From Mycobacteriaceae bacterium (GTDB taxonomy: Bacteria; Actinomycetota; Actinomycetes; Mycobacteriales; Mycobacteriaceae): a stretch of 64,000 bases of DNA. Where the stretch lies: NCBI GenBank assembly GCA_037138615.1, contig JBAXIA010000003.1:7006-71005 (forward strand). Direction: 5' to 3'. Below the pieces are notes generated by a model that ran no database searches, had not been told where the DNA came from, and worked only from the letters and a program-made list of their open reading frames with translations. Every line of letters begins with the position of its first letter. Within the stretch, counting starts at the first letter, position 1. Positions 8,690 through 17,907 of this stretch are shown here, piece after piece. The position numbers and the translations under genes were made by a program.

Positions 8690-9565
8690 ATGACCGAACC
8701 CGGTGCGGCCCGCGTGGCGGTGTATCTCGACTTCGACAACATCGTGTTATCGCGCTACGACCAGGTGCACGGGCGAAACTCGTTTCAGCGCGATAAGGCA
8801 AAAGGCCTGGAGGCCGCCAACCTGACCCGGGCGATCGTCGACGTGGGCGCGGTCCTGGATTTCGCGTCATCCTTCGGCACCCTGGTGCTCACCCGCGCAT
8901 ACGCCGACTGGTCGGCGGTGATCAACGCCGGGTACCGCGGGCAGCTGGTGGGCCGGGCGGTGGACTTGGTGCAGCTGTTTCCGGCGGCCGCCTACGGCAA
9001 GAATGCCGCTGATATCCGGCTGGCGGTGGATGCGGTGGAGGACATGTTCCGGCTCCCCGACCTGACGCACGTGGTGATCGTGGCCGGCGACTCTGACTAC
9101 ATCCCGCTGGCGCAGCGGTGCAAGCGACTCGGTCGCTACGTGGTGGGCATCGGAGTGGCAGGGTCTTCGAGTAAGTCACTTGCCGCGGCCTGCGACGAGT
9201 TCGTCATCTACGACGCGCTCCCGGGCGTTCCGGCCGTAGCGCCTGCTCCCGCCGAGGGCGAAGGATCCAAGGCCCGCACCCGCAAGGCCAAGCCGGCCGA
9301 ACCCGATGAGTCCGACGAGACTGAGACACCCGATCCCCAGGCCGCTGCCACCGCACTACTCAAGCGTGCCCTGCAGATCGGCCTGGAGAAGGATGATGCC
9401 GAGTGGTTGCACAACTCGGCGGTCAAGGCCCAGATGAAACGGATGGACCCGTCGTTCTCCGAGAAGTCTCTGGGGTTTAAGTCCTTCAGCGATTTTCTGC
9501 GCTCCCGTACCGACACGGTGGAGCTCGATGAGACCTCGACGACCAGGTTGGTGAAACTGCGCTAG
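8690..9565 (+). CDS. NYN-domain ribonuclease with C-terminal OST-HTH/LOTUS domain (MARF1/limkain-b1-like architecture)
   Basis: VAVYLDFDNI...VVIVAGDSDYIPLAQRCKRLGRYVVGIGV are the PIN-like NYN acidic motifs. A low-complexity linker follows, then a C-terminal segment of about 70 aa (LLKRALQ...VKAQMKRMDPSFSEKSLGFKSFSDFL) typical of OST-HTH. Confidence 0.8.
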   Translation: MTEPGAARVAVYLDFDNIVLSRYDQVHGRNSFQRDKAKGLEAANLTRAIVDVGAVLDFASSFGTLVLTRAYADWSAVINAGYRGQLVGRAVDLVQLFPAAAYGKNAADIRLAVDAVEDMFRLPDLTHVVIVAGDSDYIPLAQRCKRLGRYVVGIGVAGSSSKSLAAACDEFVIYDALPGVPAVAPAPAEGEGSKARTRKAKPAEPDESDETETPDPQAAATALLKRALQIGLEKDDAEWLHNSAVKAQMKRMDPSFSEKSLGFKSFSDFLRSRTDTVELDETSTTRLVKLR

Positions 9566-11220
9566 TCGCTGATCCCCAGCCGACGCACCAGATCCGGTCC
9601 GCCCACCTCGGCGATGAACGCCGGGGCCGCACACACCACAAGTTGGTCGCGCGCCCGGGACAGCCCGACATACAACCGTTCCCGTGAGCGTTGGAAGGCA
9701 GCCTTGTCGTTGACGACCAGAACCACGGCCCGTCGCTCAAGGCCCTTGAAGCCGAGAACGTGTCCGTAGAAAACCTGCTCGGCATCCCAGAAGCTGTCCC
9801 AGTAGGCCGTATTGCCCTGCCCTTGGCGGGCGATCTGTTCGGGGTGGCGGCTGCCGGTGGTCAGCAGTGCGACGTCCTCAGGCCGCCAGCCTTCGGCCAG
9901 GAGCGCCTCGATCTGATCATCGCCGACATCGAAAGCATCTTCGGGCGTGCAGGACACGAAGCGGACGTCGGGGCCGTTGGCGCCGAGGAAGCGCATCGGG
10001 TGGTCGACCAGTGGCTCGAAGGCCTTGGCGATCTGGCGGGTGTTGCGGATGTTCTGCTCGAGGATCAGCGGCACCAGTGGCACCGGCGGGGTGCCCTTGC
10101 GGTCGAAAACGCGCTGGCCCTCATCGCTGAACAGGTAGACCCCGCCGGTGTCCGGATCGCGTAGCGCGGCCAGGATCGGTTCCCACCAGCTGTCCGCGAA
10201 GTCCTGGGCCTCATCGATGACGATCGAATCGAACCGGTGACCGTCGGGCAGGTTGCTCGCCAGTTCCAGCATTTGCGTGGGCAGGTCACGTTCGAAGAAC
10301 TGTTCGGCGGCAGCGGTTCGCTCAGATTCATCTGGCCCCTCGGCGGCGCCCCAGGCGATACCAAGGTCGTGGAACTCCCCGACATACCCGGGCCGCTGGC
10401 GTCGGTTCCATCCCGAGGTGATGCGTTTAAGAAACGATGCCAGCCCGTGGGAGTAACAGATGAGCGCGACCCGCTGGCCGGAGTTGGCCAGTCGGCGGGC
10501 CTGCTCGAGCGCCATGAAGGTCTTGCCACTGCCTGCACCGCCCCGGACCTCGACGCGGGTGAGCAGTTTGATCGCATCGAGGATGATCGCCTGTTGGTCG
10601 GTCAGAATGTTGGCAGCGTCTTCGTTCTCCAACGCGCGGGCGACGACGTCGCGTTGTGGCAGACCGCGCCCATCCAAAGCCGTCTGAAGTTCCTCGATTC
10701 CCTTGACACTCAGTAGCGGCAGTTCAGTCTTCTGGTTGAGGGCGATATCGCGGATGCGCCCCACCACGGTCGGGAAGTCATCGCGGTCGATGACCATCCA
10801 GCGCGGACAGTCCGGCAGCGCGAAGTCTTCAGAGAACTGGCTATTCGGTAGGACGACCACGTGGTTCCACCGCATCCGGCCCTGGGTCCAGCGGGGATCC
10901 TTCTCGATGAAATCCCGCAACGCGTAGCGGGCTTGACGCACCTGACGAACCGGGTCGATGGTCTTGACCTGACCACTGCGCAGATGTTGCAGCCACTTCT
11001 GGCCGTTGTGGGTGACCTCGCCGCCCTTGACCTCAACGCAGACGATGCCCGCACCTTCGATGGCGACAAGGAAGTCGATCTCGTGATCCTTGAGGTGATC
11101 GGTGACCCGCTGGCCGGCAATCACGAGATCGCCGTCGCCGAGCTGCTCGGTCAGCACAGTCCAGACACGCCGCTCGGTGTCATTGGCCAAGCGAGGGTCA
11201 TCAGGCAGCGTGATGGCCAT
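9562..11220 (-). CDS. NERD-domain nuclease fused to an SF1 (UvrD/AAA_30-like) helicase
   Basis: N-terminal NERD/PD-(D/E)xK pattern (HEIDFLVAIEGAGIVCVEVKGG), Walker A GGAGSGKT, Walker B VIDEAQDF and a C-terminal YVGLSRARDQLVV motif. The ORF reaches 11241, but the ATG at 11220 has an AGGGGAGGGG Shine-Dalgarno sequence upstream. Confidence 0.85.
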   Translation of the reverse strand: MAITLPDDPRLANDTERRVWTVLTEQLGDGDLVIAGQRVTDHLKDHEIDFLVAIEGAGIVCVEVKGGEVTHNGQKWLQHLRSGQVKTIDPVRQVRQARYALRDFIEKDPRWTQGRMRWNHVVVLPNSQFSEDFALPDCPRWMVIDRDDFPTVVGRIRDIALNQKTELPLLSVKGIEELQTALDGRGLPQRDVVARALENEDAANILTDQQAIILDAIKLLTRVEVRGGAGSGKTFMALEQARRLANSGQRVALICYSHGLASFLKRITSGWNRRQRPGYVGEFHDLGIAWGAAEGPDESERTAAAEQFFERDLPTQMLELASNLPDGHRFDSIVIDEAQDFADSWWEPILAALRDPDTGGVYLFSDEGQRVFDRKGTPPVPLVPLILEQNIRNTRQIAKAFEPLVDHPMRFLGANGPDVRFVSCTPEDAFDVGDDQIEALLAEGWRPEDVALLTTGSRHPEQIARQGQGNTAYWDSFWDAEQVFYGHVLGFKGLERRAVVLVVNDKAAFQRSRERLYVGLSRARDQLVVCAAPAFIAEVGGPDLVRRLGISD

Positions 11221-11655
11221 TTCGACCCCTCCCCTGTGCATGGCTGCTCACTGCGGTGAATCGTAAGGCCGCTCCCACCCTGTACAGTGGGAAGTCAGGA
11301 GTCGTCTCGCCCTCGGTGGCGACATCGGGTTTCAATCCACCATCTGGATTCACTCGAACGATTTCCCTCCCCGGCAATACGTTTGCGGCCGGGCCTGAAG
11401 ATGAAGGAAACCCATGGAAAACAGTCTGTTCTCCCACCCCGTGGAAGCCGAGAACGCTGCACACACCAATGAGCACACCGCCGAACACTCCTCGGAGCCA
11501 GTCCAGAATCCGGTGTTCTCCGACAAGGACAAATAACTTTTGACGTTGCTGCACAACGATTTTCAATCGAGTGCTAATCACGCAGGTTTACCGTGCTACG
11601 CTGGGGTGGGGCGCCCGATTTAGGCGTTCTTTCGATTGAATGAGAGAAGTAAAGA

Positions 11656-11859
11656 ATGGCACAGGGAACTGTGAAATGGTTCAACAGCGAAAAGGGCTTC
11701 GGCTTCATCGCACCCGATGGTGGGGCTGAGGACGTTTTCGTCCACTTCTCCGAAATCTCCGGAAGCGGCTACCGGTCGCTGGAGGAGAACCAGCGGGTCA
11801 CCTTCGACATCGGCCAGGGTGCCAAGGGCCCCCAGGCTCTCGCGGTTCGCCCCGAGTAG
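11656..11859 (+). CDS. cspA: Cold-shock protein CspA
   Basis: [32 protein letters not shown] carries the RNP1/RNP2 cold-shock domain motifs. Length is 67 aa. Confidence 0.97.
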   Translation: MAQGTVKWFNSEKGFGFIAPDGGAEDVFVHFSEISGSGYRSLEENQRVTFDIGQGAKGPQALAVRPE

Positions 11860-11876
11860 CAAAAGCCAGTAACTAG

Positions 11877-11915
11877 GTGGGTCGGCAGGGAAACCTGCCG
11901 GCCCACTTTTTATTT
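11877..11915 (+). terminator. Rho-independent terminator of cspA
   Basis: 13-bp stem GTGGGTCGGCAGG / CCTGCCGGCCCAC (one G-U pair), GAAA tetraloop, then TTTTTATTT. Confidence 0.85.
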
Positions 11916-12084
11916 GGCGGGGTTTAGCGGGGTAGCGAAAACGGTTGAGAGAATTCGCCTTTCGTGATCAACGCAGATGCGACTAGTCTGACTACATCGG
12001 GGGGCTTTCGCGCACGACCGTCGAGGTTTGTGTCACCCCCGAATGATTCCGGCGGGTTCATCCGGCCGTAGACGGGAGCGTCTG

Positions 12085-12549
12085 ATGACGCCTACACACT
12101 CTCGCGCAAGCGCCGGATGGCACCAACCCGCCCCCGCGCACACTCCACGACTACGCCTCAAGCCCAAGGGCTCCCACGCGAACGCCCCCACCGGTTTCGT
12201 CGACGGTGCCTGGTGGCCGGCCGGTGATGATCTACTCGCCGAACTTCCGGATCTGCTGGCCGTACTCTCGGTGCGACTGGGCCCCATCAGCCATGTGACC
12301 TATCAGATGGGCGAGTGGGCCAAAGCCCCGGTCAAGACCGTTATCGGCGGCCGGGTGGTCCGCCTTGCGGGCTACCGCCGCCAGCCCCGCAACACCGTCG
12401 AGGTTCTCGGTCTCGGCGGAACCAGCGTTGTGCTTCTGGTGGTGCCGGCCGACACCGAGGAGGATCAGGCGCACGACAGCATGATGGCCGCGGCGACACC
12501 CGAGGACTCATCGACCACGGATGGCCTGCTGGTGGCTGCTCACCGCTGA
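12085..12549 (+). CDS. DUF5994 family protein
   Basis: GFVDGAWWPAGDDLLAELPDLLAVLSVRLGPISHVTY...VVRLAGY...VLLVVPAD matches my memory of the actinobacterial DUF5994 pattern. The ATG at 12085 has GGGAG upstream. The ORF is open from 12028. Confidence 0.7.
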   Translation: MTPTHSRASAGWHQPAPAHTPRLRLKPKGSHANAPTGFVDGAWWPAGDDLLAELPDLLAVLSVRLGPISHVTYQMGEWAKAPVKTVIGGRVVRLAGYRRQPRNTVEVLGLGGTSVVLLVVPADTEEDQAHDSMMAAATPEDSSTTDGLLVAAHR

Positions 12550-12591
12550 GGTCAGGGGTCCTGCCGAAGCGCGGAGGGCTAATCTACCGTC

Positions 12592-13458
12592 GTGACTGAA
12601 CCGGCACACGATTCGGCAACGCGCCCTTCGGACGTGCCCGCTCTCATCGTGGCATTTCTGTTAATCATCGGGTTTACCTTCAGCGACGACGCCGTCGATT
12701 TCTTCCTCGACGTGACCGGACAACCGGATTTCGCAGCCAAAGGTTGGCTGGTGTTGGCCGTGGACTGCCTCCTGGTGGCCGGCACCGGCGCCCTGAAGTG
12801 GCGCATCACGGGCGGTGACAGCAATCTCACGACGTTCCTGCCGAGGCTGTTCAGCGGATGGTGGGCGGCGGGGGCGGTGCTTGTCGTCGCCGTCAATCTG
12901 ATCCTGATCGCGACCGAAGAGCAGCTAGCGGGTCTCGGGGATGTTGCATCGGTATGGATCAACCTGCTGGCTTCACTGGTCTTCACCGCCGCTATGACCC
13001 TGTTGCTGCTGTCGGCTCTCAGTGATGGATCGGAGTCACGTAGCTGGGTGGTGCCGCTTGTCATCGGAACCCTCGCCGTCGACATCGCTTCCGGGCTGTG
13101 GGCGCCGGTGATCGACATCAACGAGAACTGCGCGAGCGACGTTTCAGCCCAATACTTCTCCGACGTGGCAAACACTCTCGTGGTGATATTGCTGGCCCTC
13201 GGCGTCGAGATGAGCTACGTTCGCCGATCCGCCACCGCCCTTGATGCCGGCCGTCGGGTGGCACCAGTTTTCACCGTGCTCATGTTGGGCATCGGCTTGG
13301 CCTTGTCGTTGAGTATGCAGGTGTCGGCCGGTACACAGCGCTGCGGTCTCGGCGCAGTCTGGCTCCAGTACTTCTCATTCGTCGTCTCAGTGCAGGCGGT
13401 GGCGATCGGTTTGGCGACACTGATGTGGCTCATGGTGGCTGACGCGGTCGATGGCTAG
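12592..13458 (+). CDS. Polytopic integral membrane protein, unknown function
   Basis: 288-aa ORF with about 7-8 hydrophobic segments. I recognise no motif. Confidence 0.6.
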   Translation: MTEPAHDSATRPSDVPALIVAFLLIIGFTFSDDAVDFFLDVTGQPDFAAKGWLVLAVDCLLVAGTGALKWRITGGDSNLTTFLPRLFSGWWAAGAVLVVAVNLILIATEEQLAGLGDVASVWINLLASLVFTAAMTLLLLSALSDGSESRSWVVPLVIGTLAVDIASGLWAPVIDINENCASDVSAQYFSDVANTLVVILLALGVEMSYVRRSATALDAGRRVAPVFTVLMLGIGLALSLSMQVSAGTQRCGLGAVWLQYFSFVVSVQAVAIGLATLMWLMVADAVDG

Positions 13459-13461
13459 CTT

Positions 13462-14538
13462 TCATCTGCGCAGCGAAAACGACTTCTCGAACAGATAGTG
13501 GAAGACCATCCACTCGTTGCCGTCGCGATACCCGAAGACCTCCGAGCAGAACAGCAGGAACATCCGCCAGCGCTCCAGCGCCACCGAGGCCGATGTCGGG
13601 CCGCCCTCCAGTGCCCGCAGACACTCTTCCCTGTTGGCGTCCAGGCGTTCCAGCCACGCGTCCAGGGTGCGGGTGTACTGACGTCCGTTGACATCCCACA
13701 CGTGGGTTTGTTTCAAATCGGCCGGCAGGAAGTTCTCGAACAGATCCCGGCTGGGCATGGTGCCGCCGGCGAAGAAGTACTTACCCATCCAGTCCGTGGT
13801 TTTGAAGTCGTAGGCGAAACGCCGGTTACCCAGGATCTGCACCATCATTCGACCATCGGGTCGCAGCCATGAGCTCACCTTCGCCAGCACCATGTCGTAG
13901 TTCTTCATGTGCTCGAGCATCTCGCAGGACACGATCACGTCGAAGCGCTCGCGGAACTCCGGATCGTCGAAGGAGCTGGCGTCGGCTTTGACACAGTCGA
14001 ACCGACCGTCGTGCTTGGAGTTCTTCGACGCGATGTACTCCTGCTGGGTGGCGCTGTTGGACAGGAACGTGACGTGCACGCCGTCGTAGTTCTCCAGCAC
14101 GTAGCTACCGTGGGAACCCCAGCCGCAGCCGAGATCAAGAAGTCGGATGGCCTTCTTGTCTTTGATCAGCTCGCCGAGATTGAGTCGCTCTTCGAGGAAC
14201 GTGTGCAACATCGCGACTTCGGCATCGGCAAGGCCGGTGGAGTCTTGTGGGAACAAACAGCACGAGTACTTCAGATATGGCCCCAGGACAAGATGGAAAA
14301 ATCGGGTGGGCACCTCGTAGTGCTGAATATTCGCGTCATCCTGGTTCAGCGCCCCGGCACTGGCCCGCAACTTCTCGAAGTACTTCTTCTTGTAGAAGGC
14401 CTGCTTCTCAGTATCGCCGCCACACTCGAAGGTCCGGACCCACTGTGCACACATGATGCGCACCAGGGCGCGCATGACCGCGTCAGGCAGCAGGCCACGT
14501 TCTTTGAGGGCGAGGATGGTGTTGAAGAGACGGTCCAC
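13462..14538 (-). CDS. SAM-dependent methyltransferase, CFA-synthase superfamily, coclaurine-N-methyltransferase-like subgroup
   Basis: SAM motif I LLDLGCGWGS. The N-terminal segment HYEVPTRFFHLVLGPYLKYSCCLF resembles plant/algal CNMT-like enzymes more than the mycolic-acid methyltransferases. GC content is visibly lower than in the flanks. Confidence 0.85.
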   Translation of the reverse strand: MDRLFNTILALKERGLLPDAVMRALVRIMCAQWVRTFECGGDTEKQAFYKKKYFEKLRASAGALNQDDANIQHYEVPTRFFHLVLGPYLKYSCCLFPQDSTGLADAEVAMLHTFLEERLNLGELIKDKKAIRLLDLGCGWGSHGSYVLENYDGVHVTFLSNSATQQEYIASKNSKHDGRFDCVKADASSFDDPEFRERFDVIVSCEMLEHMKNYDMVLAKVSSWLRPDGRMMVQILGNRRFAYDFKTTDWMGKYFFAGGTMPSRDLFENFLPADLKQTHVWDVNGRQYTRTLDAWLERLDANREECLRALEGGPTSASVALERWRMFLLFCSEVFGYRDGNEWMVFHYLFEKSFSLRR

Positions 14539-14591
14539 AACGGCGATCGTTTCACATCCAGGGAGCCGTTTTCGCGACCTGAAAGCATTTG

Positions 14592-14674
14592 TGGCAGGTA
14601 CAGGATTCGAACCTGTGTAGGCGTTAGCCGACGGATTTACAGTCCGCTCCCATTGGCCGCTCGGGCAACCTGCC
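14592..14674 (-). tRNA. tyrT: tRNA-Tyr (anticodon GTA, long variable arm)
   Basis: Hand fold: acceptor GGCAGGT...ACCTGCC+A, anticodon arm GCGGA-CTGTAAA-TCCGT, extra arm, and T arm ACAGG-TTCGAAT-CCTGT. Confidence 0.9.
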
Positions 14675-14779
14675 TGGAAACACCTCGCCGAACAGACCCG
14701 GCATGATGCGTCTAGCAGGGTACAACGAGAATGTACTCAAGGCACAAACCGGCCGATAACCACTAGGAGGGCACCCACA

Positions 14780-15271
14780 GTGGCGGATTCGTCGTTCGAC
14801 ATCGTCAGCAAGGTTGATCGCCAGGAGGTCGACAACGCCCTGAACCAGGCAGCCAAGGAGTTGAGCACCAGGTTCGACTTCCGCGGCACCGACACCACCA
14901 TCGAGTGGAAGGGCGAGGAGGCCATCGAGATCGTTTCCTCCACCGAGGAGCGAGCCAAGGCCGCCGTCGACGTGTTCAAGGAGAAGTTGGTCCGCCGGGA
15001 CATCTCGATGAAGGCATTCGAGGCCGGCGACCCGCAGGCGTCGGGGAAGACCTACAGGGTCAGCGGCACCCTCAAGCAGGGAATCAGCAGCGAGAACGCC
15101 AAGAAGGTCACGAAGTTGATCCGCGATGAGGGCCCCAAGGGTGTCAAGGCCCAGATCCAGGGCGAGGAGATCCGGGTCAGCTCCAAGAAGCGTGACGACC
15201 TTCAAGAGGTCATCGCTCTGCTCAAGGGCGCCGACCTGGAGGTCGCTCTGCAATTCGTCAACTACCGCTGA
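14780..15271 (+). CDS. yajQ: YajQ family nucleotide (c-di-GMP)-binding protein (Rv0566c-like)
   Basis: [36 protein letters not shown] is the canonical UPF0234/YajQ N-terminus. An AGGAGG Shine-Dalgarno sequence lies upstream of the GTG. Confidence 0.92.
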   Translation: MADSSFDIVSKVDRQEVDNALNQAAKELSTRFDFRGTDTTIEWKGEEAIEIVSSTEERAKAAVDVFKEKLVRRDISMKAFEAGDPQASGKTYRVSGTLKQGISSENAKKVTKLIRDEGPKGVKAQIQGEEIRVSSKKRDDLQEVIALLKGADLEVALQFVNYR

Positions 15272-15311
15272 CCGCTGGCCGACCGGCCCGGGCACTGCCT
15301 AAAGTGGTGCC

Positions 15312-16826
15312 ATGACCGTCACCCCGCACGAAGGCACCCGCCCCGCCGAGTCCGACGGCGACATCCTCGACGTCGTGATCATCGGCGCCGGCATCTCCGG
15401 AATCGGTGCCGCGTACCACCTCGGCCAGCGTGAACGCACCACCCGCTACGTCGTCCTTGAGCGCCGCGACCGAATCGGCGGTACCTGGGACCTGTTCCGC
15501 TATCCGGGGGTGCGCTCGGACTCATCCATCTTCACCCTGAGCTGGCCGTGGGAACCGTGGGCGGGCAAGGAGTACGTCGCCGACGGTGACGTCATCCGCG
15601 ACTACATGGAGGACGCCGCTCGCAAGCACGGCATCTATCCGCACATCCGCTTCGATACCGAGGTGCACTCGGCTGACTGGGATTCCGCCACCGATACCTG
15701 GACCTTGCACGTCAGCGACAACGGTCAGTCCAGGACCTACCGCAGCCGTTTCGTGTTCTTCGGCTCGGGCTACTACAACTACGACGATCCCTACACCCCG
15801 CAATTCCCCGGCATCGAGAACTTCACCGGTACCGTCATTCACCCGCAGCACTGGCCGGAGGATCTGAACTACACGGGCAAGAAGATCGTCGTCATCGGCA
15901 GTGGTGCCACCGCGGTTTCAATGGTTCCGGCTCTGGCTCGCAAGGCCGCACACGTGACCATGCTGCAGCGCTCGCCGGGGTATTTGTTCGCCATGCCGCG
16001 GGTCAATCGGTTCTACAACGTTTTACGCTCTGTGATGCCAAAGAAAGCCTCGTACAACATTATTCGCACAATCGCCCTTGTTTTCGAGAAGGTGCTCTGG
16101 GTACTCGCCCGCACATTCCCGAACGGGATACGCAAGTTCGTCCGCTGGCAGAACGTCAGTCGCCTACCGAAGGGCTATCCGGTTGACGTCGACTTCAAGC
16201 CGAGTTACAACCCATGGGATGAGCGGATGTGCCTGGTCGCCGATGGTGACGTCTTCGAGGAAATCAGCAAGGGCCGCCTTGAGGTGGTCACCGATCACAT
16301 CGACCACTTCGATACCGGCGGCATCGCATGTAAGTCCGGCCGGCACCTCGACGCAGATATCATCGTCACCGCCACTGGATTGCAACTCCAAGCTCTCGGT
16401 GGCGTTCGGGTCAGCGTGGACGGCACCGAAGTCAAGCCGCAGGAACGCTTCTCCTACAAAGCCCACATGCTCGACGACGTACCAAACCTATTCTGGTGCA
16501 TCGGCTATACCAACGCCTCATGGACGCTGCGCGCCGATATGACGGCACGCGCGACGGCGAAGCTGCTCGACTACCTGGACACCCACGGCTATACCCACGC
16601 CTACCCGCACCTGGGCGGTAGCCCGATCGCCGAGAAGCCCACCTGGGACCTGCAGGCCGGTTATGTCCAGCGAAGCCCGCACGCGCTACCCAAGTCCGGC
16701 GCCAAACGGCCATGGGTGGTGCGCCAGGACTTCCTCGCCGATGCCATCGACTTCCGCTTCCTGGACAAAATCGACGAGGACATGGTGTTCGGGACTGTCT
16801 CGGTGCCCAAGCAGCTTGTCGGGTAA
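15312..16826 (+). CDS. Flavin-containing / Baeyer-Villiger-type monooxygenase (Rv0565c-like)
   Basis: GAGISGIGAA FAD motif, FxGxxxHxxxWP fingerprint (FTGTVIHPQHWPED) and a second Rossmann motif VIGSGATAV. Confidence 0.9.
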   Translation: MTVTPHEGTRPAESDGDILDVVIIGAGISGIGAAYHLGQRERTTRYVVLERRDRIGGTWDLFRYPGVRSDSSIFTLSWPWEPWAGKEYVADGDVIRDYMEDAARKHGIYPHIRFDTEVHSADWDSATDTWTLHVSDNGQSRTYRSRFVFFGSGYYNYDDPYTPQFPGIENFTGTVIHPQHWPEDLNYTGKKIVVIGSGATAVSMVPALARKAAHVTMLQRSPGYLFAMPRVNRFYNVLRSVMPKKASYNIIRTIALVFEKVLWVLARTFPNGIRKFVRWQNVSRLPKGYPVDVDFKPSYNPWDERMCLVADGDVFEEISKGRLEVVTDHIDHFDTGGIACKSGRHLDADIIVTATGLQLQALGGVRVSVDGTEVKPQERFSYKAHMLDDVPNLFWCIGYTNASWTLRADMTARATAKLLDYLDTHGYTHAYPHLGGSPIAEKPTWDLQAGYVQRSPHALPKSGAKRPWVVRQDFLADAIDFRFLDKIDEDMVFGTVSVPKQLVG

Positions 16827-16872
16827 CCGCGGTTTCCAGAACACCCGGTAATCACACGCCTGCGGTATTACG

Positions 16873-17907
16873 TTGATCGCCATGACTTCTGATCGTCGTG
16901 AACCTCAGGTCGTCGTGCTGGGTGGTGGGTCCTGGGGCACCACCGTCGCCTCCATTTGCGCTCGGCGCGGGCCGACGGTGCAGTGGGTGCGCTCCGCGGA
17001 GACCGCCGAGGACATCAACAAAAACCATCGCAACTCCGCCTACCTCGGCGATGATGTCGAACTGCCGGAAACCCTGCGCGCCACCAACGATTTCGCCGAG
17101 GCCGCACACTGCGCTGACGTCATCGTCATGGGTGTTCCTTCGCACGGGTTCCGCGGCGTGCTGGGCGAGCTCAGCAAGGAACTGCGCCCGTGGGTGCCCG
17201 TCGTGAGCCTGGTCAAAGGTCTTGAGCAGGGCACCAATATGCGGATGAGCCAGATCGTCGAGGAGGTGCTGCCAGGACATCCGGCGGGAATCCTGGCCGG
17301 ACCGAATATCGCCAAGGAGGTCGCCGAGGGCTACGCGGCCGCCGCGGTGCTGGCAATGCCCGACCGCAACCTGGCGGCGAATCTCGCAAGTATGTTTCGC
17401 ACCAAGCGATTTCGGACCTACACCACCGACGACGTCGTTGGTGTCGAGATCGCCGGCGCACTGAAGAATGTTTATGCGATCGCCGTCGGAATGGGCTACT
17501 CGCTCGGAATCGGCGAGAACACCCGCGCCATGGTGATGACGCGCGCGGTGCGCGAGATGTCCAAACTCGGCGAGGCGATGGGTGGCCAGCGCGACACTTT
17601 CTCCGGCCTGGCCGGGATGGGTGATCTGATCGTCACCTGCACGTCCCAGCGCAGCCGCAACCGCAGCGTCGGCGAGGCACTGGGCTCAGGCAAACCCATC
17701 GCCGAGATCCTGGCGGGCATGACCCAGGTCGCCGAGGGCGTCAAGGCCGCCAGCGTGATCATGGAGTTCGCCGAGAAGTACGGCATCAACATGCCGATCG
17801 CCCGCGAAGTCGACGCGGTGATCAATCACGGCTCCTCCGTCGAGCAGGCCTACCAGGGTCTGATGGCCGAAAAACCCGGCCACGAGGTCGACGGGACGCG
17901 CTTCTAA
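16873..17907 (+). CDS. gpsA: NAD(P)H-dependent glycerol-3-phosphate dehydrogenase
   Basis: VVVLGGGSWGTT Rossmann motif, GLEQGTNMRMSQ, GALKNVYAIAVG and GDLIVTCTSQRSRNRSVG. The start could instead be the ATG at 16882. Confidence 0.92.
   Translation: MIAMTSDRREPQVVVLGGGSWGTTVASICARRGPTVQWVRSAETAEDINKNHRNSAYLGDDVELPETLRATNDFAEAAHCADVIVMGVPSHGFRGVLGELSKELRPWVPVVSLVKGLEQGTNMRMSQIVEEVLPGHPAGILAGPNIAKEVAEGYAAAAVLAMPDRNLAANLASMFRTKRFRTYTTDDVVGVEIAGALKNVYAIAVGMGYSLGIGENTRAMVMTRAVREMSKLGEAMGGQRDTFSGLAGMGDLIVTCTSQRSRNRSVGEALGSGKPIAEILAGMTQVAEGVKAASVIMEFAEKYGINMPIAREVDAVINHGSSVEQAYQGLMAEKPGHEVDGTRF

Noticed and set aside
11337-11362. ctggattcactcgaacg, superficially like the tRNA T-arm sequence (ggattcgaacc) and so a possible att-type remnant of tRNA-Tyr
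   Set aside because: The similarity covers only about 10 nt, interrupted by a 3-nt insertion, and does not extend into acceptor-stem sequence. It is too weak to call an island boundary.
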